From Marispirochaeta sp. (lineage in GTDB: Bacteria > Spirochaetota > Spirochaetia > JC444 > Marispirochaetaceae), in contig CAXXFF010000002.1 of assembly GCA_963676835.2 (NCBI GenBank), positions 109,344 through 173,343 on the forward strand: DNA of 64,000 nt. Reading direction: 5' to 3'. The position numbers and the translations under genes were made by a program. The notes beneath the pieces were generated by a model. That model saw only the letters and a list, made by a program, of their open reading frames with translations, had not been told where the DNA came from and did not search any database. Shown in pieces: positions 59,473-64,000 of this stretch; position 1 is the stretch's first letter, and each line of letters begins with the position of its first letter.

Positions 59473-59985
59473 TCAACCCTCGCGCACCCGGAAGGTTGCC
59501 TTCAAAGCGGAGCCAAGGTCGGCAAGATGCCTGCTGCGGGGAGAATGAATACCCAGGTCAAGCAGAACATCATCCCGGTTTCGCTGCAGCCAGCGGTAAA
59601 TTCTGGAAGCCCCCTGATCGGGGTCGGTATACCCGGCTGAGGCCGCCTGTACAAGCCGCAGCATCTCATCCTCTCCGAAGGTTTTGCGCTGGGTCTGGAA
59701 GTCTACTATAAAACTTTTTCCAAAGGCTCCTTTTTCGATAACAACCGGCTGATTACTGTTCGGCTCACGTTTGACCGTATCGGTCTTTCCGGCACTAACG
59801 GATCGACCTGATGAAACCTTTTCTGCTTCCTGGTTCAGCATGTCCACCCGCTGGTTATAAATAAGGGTATTGGCCTGTTTAATAAGAAACAGCAGCCCAT
59901 CGGCATCGACATCCTTTATAAGGCCGCGAAGTTCTTTAAGATATTTCTGCCTGGGATCATCCTTATCAATGCTTTTCCCGCCCAT
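59473..59985 (-). CDS. Hypothetical protein
   Basis: 170-aa ORF, 15 nt downstream of the PAS-GGDEF-EAL gene on the same strand. No motif recognised. Confidence 0.45.
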   Translation of the reverse strand: MGGKSIDKDDPRQKYLKELRGLIKDVDADGLLFLIKQANTLIYNQRVDMLNQEAEKVSSGRSVSAGKTDTVKREPNSNQPVVIEKGAFGKSFIVDFQTQRKTFGEDEMLRLVQAASAGYTDPDQGASRIYRWLQRNRDDVLLDLGIHSPRSRHLADLGSALKATFRVREG

Positions 59986-60000
59986 TCCGGCCTCCCCTGA

Positions 60001-61824
60001 TTATATCCGGCCGCGGCGTTCGTCCTTGAGACGACGCAGAAGATCTTTTACCGCCAGAGCCTTACTGTAATAGTAGCCCTGATGCAGAAAACATCCATGA
60101 GATTCCAGAAAATTCACATGCCCCTCTGTCTGCACACCCTCAGCCACAACCTCCAGATTGAGGCTTTTTACCAGCCTTATGATACTCCGTACAATTTTCC
60201 GGTTTTTCTTTTCATGCAGCGCAGAAACAAAGGATTTATCAATTTTAATATAATCGATGGGCAGGGTGGAGAGATGACTGAAAGAAGAATAGCCTGTACC
60301 AAAATCATCCACCATAAAGCTGAGTCCTGGATGGTTCTGCTTCAGTCTGATAATCTTCCGCCGGGTTTCTTCCGGCTCTTTAAGAAAAGCGCCTTCGGTG
60401 ATCTCTATCTTAAGCCCCCGGGGATCCACATTATAACGGGACAGCATTACACTGACCATCTCTTCAAATTTTGGATCTTCAAACTGCCGGGGACTCACAT
60501 TTACGCTTATATATGCCTCGTAGTCATATTTCTGCAGATGGCCCAGCATACGGCAGGATTTCCGCATAATTTCCGCCCCCAGAGGAATAATCAGCCCCGT
60601 CTCTTCAGCGAGGGATATAAAATTTTCCGGAGAAATATTTCCATCCCGGGGATGTTTCCAGCGGATAAGGGCTTCCATGCCAAAGATCCCCCGGCCGGTA
60701 CGGTAGACAGGCTGGAATGCCACTTTTATCTGGGTGGTAAAAAGCGCTGCCCTCAGCCCCTCCTCAAGGTGCAGCCGCCGGGTAACCTGCCGGTTCATCT
60801 CCGTGGTAAAATAGCGGAAGGTGTTGCCCCGCTCTTTGGCTCTGTACATTGCAATATCGGCATTGCTGATAAGGGTGGAAATCTCCCAGCCATCGTCGGG
60901 AATAACCGCAATTCCGACACTGACTCCCAGACTTATGGAGGGCATTTTCGGGTTATACTGTATGGGATAGGGTTTTCGCACATCCTGAATGATCTTCCGT
61001 GCAACCACCGCCGCATCACTGGGATCTGCAAGATAGGGTAAAAGAACCACAAATTCATCACCACCGAAGCGGAAAACATCCTCCCCGGATTCTTCACCAT
61101 TCTGTTCAACCCGAAACACATGATCACTGTTCCTCAGGCAGCTGTGGAGCCTGTGGGAACATTCAACCAGAATATCGTCTCCCACATGATGCCCCAGGGT
61201 ATCATTCACCTTTTTGAATCCATCCAGATCCAGGAAAAGCAGAGCTCCCTTCCTGTTCCCGTAGCGGCGCATCTCATCCAGATACGCCTTGAGAGAATCC
61301 TGAAAGAGATCACGGTTTCCAAGGGCAGTCAGCTTGTCATGATAGGCCAGATACCGCAGCTTACGTTCGGTTTTCTTCCGCTCCGTAATATCACGGATAA
61401 TACAGGGAAGACTTTTCTTCCCCATTGTATCTACGGCAATCCCGAAGGAAATTTCCAGAGGGACTATTTCACCACTGCTGTTCCGGCCAAGTACTTCAAG
61501 ATGATTTCCCAGCCCCCGTGCTTTCCGGGCATCCAGATCGAGGTTAAAATAGTCTGCCACCTGAGGAGCAATCCTGCGGTATTCCGATGCCGGAAAAAGC
61601 TTTTTAACAGGGGAGCCTACAATTTCAGCAGGAGCAATACCGAAAAGTGATTTTATAACCGTATTGGCATAGAGGATTTCAAGCTCATCGGTAATCTGTA
61701 TAATTCCGTCAGAGGTTGTTTCAGCCAGGGACCGGTAACGCTTTTTAAGATCTATAAGTTCATTGCGGTATTGTTCCAGTTCCAGCGACTCATCCTGAGC
61801 TGTACTGATTACACTAACATCCAT
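60001..61824 (-). CDS. PAS-GGDEF-EAL protein (c-di-GMP cyclase/phosphodiesterase)
   Basis: PAS (TSDGIIQITDE), GGDEF (FRFGGDEFVVLL), EAL (GMEALIRW, DDFGTGYSS, IKIDKSF). Confidence 0.9.
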   Translation of the reverse strand: MDVSVISTAQDESLELEQYRNELIDLKKRYRSLAETTSDGIIQITDELEILYANTVIKSLFGIAPAEIVGSPVKKLFPASEYRRIAPQVADYFNLDLDARKARGLGNHLEVLGRNSSGEIVPLEISFGIAVDTMGKKSLPCIIRDITERKKTERKLRYLAYHDKLTALGNRDLFQDSLKAYLDEMRRYGNRKGALLFLDLDGFKKVNDTLGHHVGDDILVECSHRLHSCLRNSDHVFRVEQNGEESGEDVFRFGGDEFVVLLPYLADPSDAAVVARKIIQDVRKPYPIQYNPKMPSISLGVSVGIAVIPDDGWEISTLISNADIAMYRAKERGNTFRYFTTEMNRQVTRRLHLEEGLRAALFTTQIKVAFQPVYRTGRGIFGMEALIRWKHPRDGNISPENFISLAEETGLIIPLGAEIMRKSCRMLGHLQKYDYEAYISVNVSPRQFEDPKFEEMVSVMLSRYNVDPRGLKIEITEGAFLKEPEETRRKIIRLKQNHPGLSFMVDDFGTGYSSFSHLSTLPIDYIKIDKSFVSALHEKKNRKIVRSIIRLVKSLNLEVVAEGVQTEGHVNFLESHGCFLHQGYYYSKALAVKDLLRRLKDERRGRI

Positions 61825-61953
61825 AAATCATTAAACCTTTTCTATTACAGGTTCCAGTATACCAGATTTTGCATACACTGGAACACTTTTATTCCGCTTT
61901 TTACTTTAATCCCCGATTCGGGACTAGTACTTTCTATTTATGAGGCTTAAGAA

Positions 61954-62853
61954 GTGGTTGAATACAAAGATCCTGTTGCAGAACAGATAAAAGCCTACAT
62001 TCTGGACGATCCGCCCTTCTCCATGGACATCGGGAACACCACATCCGAGCCGGGATGGCACAAACTGAGATCCTCCGGCTCGCGAATATGGCTGCACGGC
62101 AGCGAAGAACTTGCTGCCGGTTTATGGAGCAGAGAGATAAGTGCCTACTATCTCAGTAACCGATCACTTCTTAACAGCCTTGAAACAGACTCTCCCGAGT
62201 TTCCCCTTATTGCAAAAGCCAACCAATTCCTGAAGGGCCTGCCTGAAAAAGAGAGAACCCAGGAAATCCTTTTTATAATTCATGCAAAAAGGATATTACG
62301 GGTTTCCCGCATGCTCTCGGCACGGATAATTACAGAAATTCCTGCCGCCGATGAGAGCGCAGAGGATATCTGCCGTTACATACGCCGACTCTACCAGATT
62401 GCCCCGGAAACGATATCCCCTGTTCTTCCCTATACAAAAACAAATTCATCAGCAGCGGCAGCTCTATGCCCGGATAAAATACCCCTGACACTCTCAGGTA
62501 TCCGCACTCCAGAAGAGGCCCTTATGGCAGCCGGATTTATAACCAGGGGCATAATCCTTCAAGCTCCTCCGGGGGTTACACCGGAATCACTGGCATGGGA
62601 TACCATGGCCGCCTTGAAAGCAGTTGAAACCGAAACCAAAGCCCCGGATCTTATTATAAACGGGGTTTCCGGCGAACAGGAGCTGATCAGCCTCAGCGGT
62701 TTTCCGGTAATCAATCTTCATGTGAATATTGCCAGTACATTACTGCACCAACCCGGAAGCAACGCGTCGCCGCTATCCGAGATGGAAGCCTCAGAACGGA
62801 TAAGAACCTTAAGATCAGATGATTTTTACCAGAGAATAACTGCCCGGCTTTAA
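61954..62853 (+). CDS. Hypothetical protein
   Basis: 299-aa ORF with a GTG start. Only a vague aldolase-barrel-like pattern, which I do not consider sufficient. Confidence 0.4.
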   Translation: MVEYKDPVAEQIKAYILDDPPFSMDIGNTTSEPGWHKLRSSGSRIWLHGSEELAAGLWSREISAYYLSNRSLLNSLETDSPEFPLIAKANQFLKGLPEKERTQEILFIIHAKRILRVSRMLSARIITEIPAADESAEDICRYIRRLYQIAPETISPVLPYTKTNSSAAAALCPDKIPLTLSGIRTPEEALMAAGFITRGIILQAPPGVTPESLAWDTMAALKAVETETKAPDLIINGVSGEQELISLSGFPVINLHVNIASTLLHQPGSNASPLSEMEASERIRTLRSDDFYQRITARL

Positions 62854-62956
62854 AACTCCTGTTGAGAACATTGAAAAAAACGTATAAAACAGGCGATTTC
62901 CAATAAAATTTCCTATACTTACACGAAGAACTTCGATTGAAAGAAGAAATTCAGGT

Positions 62957-64000
62957 ATGAGTGACATTGAACAGAAAGCAGTAAAAACCGGAAAGACTTT
63001 TCCTGCATCCCGAATCTCTATTCTCATTTTTTTCGTCGGTATGCTGATTGTTGCAGCCGGCAGATTCGTTACCTGGCTCCCCATGGGAATCGTCGCCCTT
63101 CCCGCCCTTTTTTATGTACTCAACGGATCACGCCGGGGAACGGTCTTCACCCTGCTGTTTCTGCCTGTACCGGTGGTAACCGCTATTCTCTATATCCCCC
63201 ATGAATGCAGGTTGGGCCTGACTATCATTGCCTATTTAATTCAGATTCCCCTGGCTTTTACCCTGCAGTACCGGAAAGAACAGAGCGAACTGATTCTCCA
63301 GCGGCAAATATACTTTGACTGCCTCACAGGCCTTCCCAACCGTTATAAACTGCTTTCCGACCTGGGCACTTCAGAAATTCCTATACTGTTTCTGGTCAAT
63401 ATCGATGATTTCAAGGAGATCAATGATGTATTCAGCCCGAAAGCAGGAGATACAATACTCTATGAACTCAGCCGGCTTATAGGAGATATAACCAGGGATG
63501 AACCCTGCAGGCTCTATCGTCTTACAGCAGATGAGTATGCCCTGCTGTTTGATAATAAACGCACCGCCCTGAGCAGGGCCCATCTTTCGAGGCTGGCAGA
63601 AAAAATCTGTAAAGAGGCCGCTGCGGCAACATTCGCCCTCAACTCCTCCGAAATCCGGCTCAGAGTTACCATAGGTATTGGAGATTCCCGCATTGAGAGC
63701 AGCGACAATCTCCTTGCCCAGGCGGATATGGCACTTAAAACAGCCAAGGCGGGGCATAAATCCTTCCTGTTTTTTACCCAGACCATTGATACACGGAAGA
63801 ATTATGAAAAGAACATACAGTCCTTACGGATTCTAACCGACGCCCTGGAAAACGGCAGAGTTATACCCTATTTCATGCCCATCTCCAATTCTGCCAGCGG
63901 CATAATAGAAAGCTACGAATGTCTTGCCCGGCTGGTGGATGCTGACAACAGAGTCTATCCTCCCTACTTTTTCCTTGAAATAGCCAAAAAAGCCAGGCTC
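62957..64000 (+). CDS. Membrane-anchored degenerate-GGDEF plus EAL protein, C-terminus outside window
   Basis: Own translation from the ATG at 62957 stays open to the window end: MSDIEQKAV.., 3-4 TMS, DCLTGLPNRY, then RLTADEYALL in place of GGDEF, then the start of an EAL domain (YECLARL). Absent from the ORF track because it has no stop in the window. Confidence 0.8.
   Translation, partial: MSDIEQKAVKTGKTFPASRISILIFFVGMLIVAAGRFVTWLPMGIVALPALFYVLNGSRRGTVFTLLFLPVPVVTAILYIPHECRLGLTIIAYLIQIPLAFTLQYRKEQSELILQRQIYFDCLTGLPNRYKLLSDLGTSEIPILFLVNIDDFKEINDVFSPKAGDTILYELSRLIGDITRDEPCRLYRLTADEYALLFDNKRTALSRAHLSRLAEKICKEAAAATFALNSSEIRLRVTIGIGDSRIESSDNLLAQADMALKTAKAGHKSFLFFTQTIDTRKNYEKNIQSLRILTDALENGRVIPYFMPISNSASGIIESYECLARLVDADNRVYPPYFFLEIAKKARL

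Noticed and set aside
60082-61041. 319-aa plus-strand ORF opposite the PAS-GGDEF-EAL gene
   Set aside because: The minus-strand frame carries the GGDEF and EAL motifs. The plus-strand translation has none.
61954-62853. Weak resemblance of the 299-aa ORF to transaldolase/aldolase barrels (GSRIWL.., ISPVLPYT)
   Set aside because: The resemblance is too weak. The Schiff-base lysine position is not recognisable, so it cannot be supported without a profile search.

Overview
Gene-dense chromosomal window with about 60 protein-coding genes. I found no rRNA, tRNA, CRISPR array, transposase or integrase. The protein sequences (GroEL, RRM protein, MCP, many lipoproteins, anaerobe-type enzymes) suggest a free-living anaerobic spirochaete-like bacterium, but that is inference only. 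All functional calls come from reading motifs in the supplied translations; no database search was run.

Left to right:
- A Fec-type ABC importer with a frameshifted fmdE-like gene.
- A divergent larC-larE-larB operon for the nickel-pincer (NPN) cofactor, with no larA in the window.
- An AAA+/DUF4143 ATPase gene sitting between two copies of the larB 3' end.
- Housekeeping genes: M19 dipeptidase, SelO, DUF1015-serC, MFS transporter, Sua5, ALDH, trxB, trkHA.
- PadR and an MCP.
- A 1640-aa GH13 plus GT5 fusion protein, next to a CBS-PP2C phosphatase.
- An Arn-like cell-envelope glycan locus.
- A sulfur module: YeeE, CoA-disulfide/persulfide reductase-rhodanese, and two exported tandem rhodaneses.
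- groES-groEL behind a perfect sigma-54 -24/-12 consensus.
- Ferritin and c-di-GMP turnover proteins.

Best candidate for an undescribed system: the 39.0-49.6 kb locus. A CE7 esterase, an ArnE/F-like flippase pair, a GT2 and an ATP-grasp ligase are translationally coupled. Opposite them, an ArnT/PMT-like GT-C transferase is the last gene of a tauC-tauA-tauB-like importer operon. This looks like an import-coupled, lipid-carrier-based glycan modification pathway with non-canonical tailoring enzymes.
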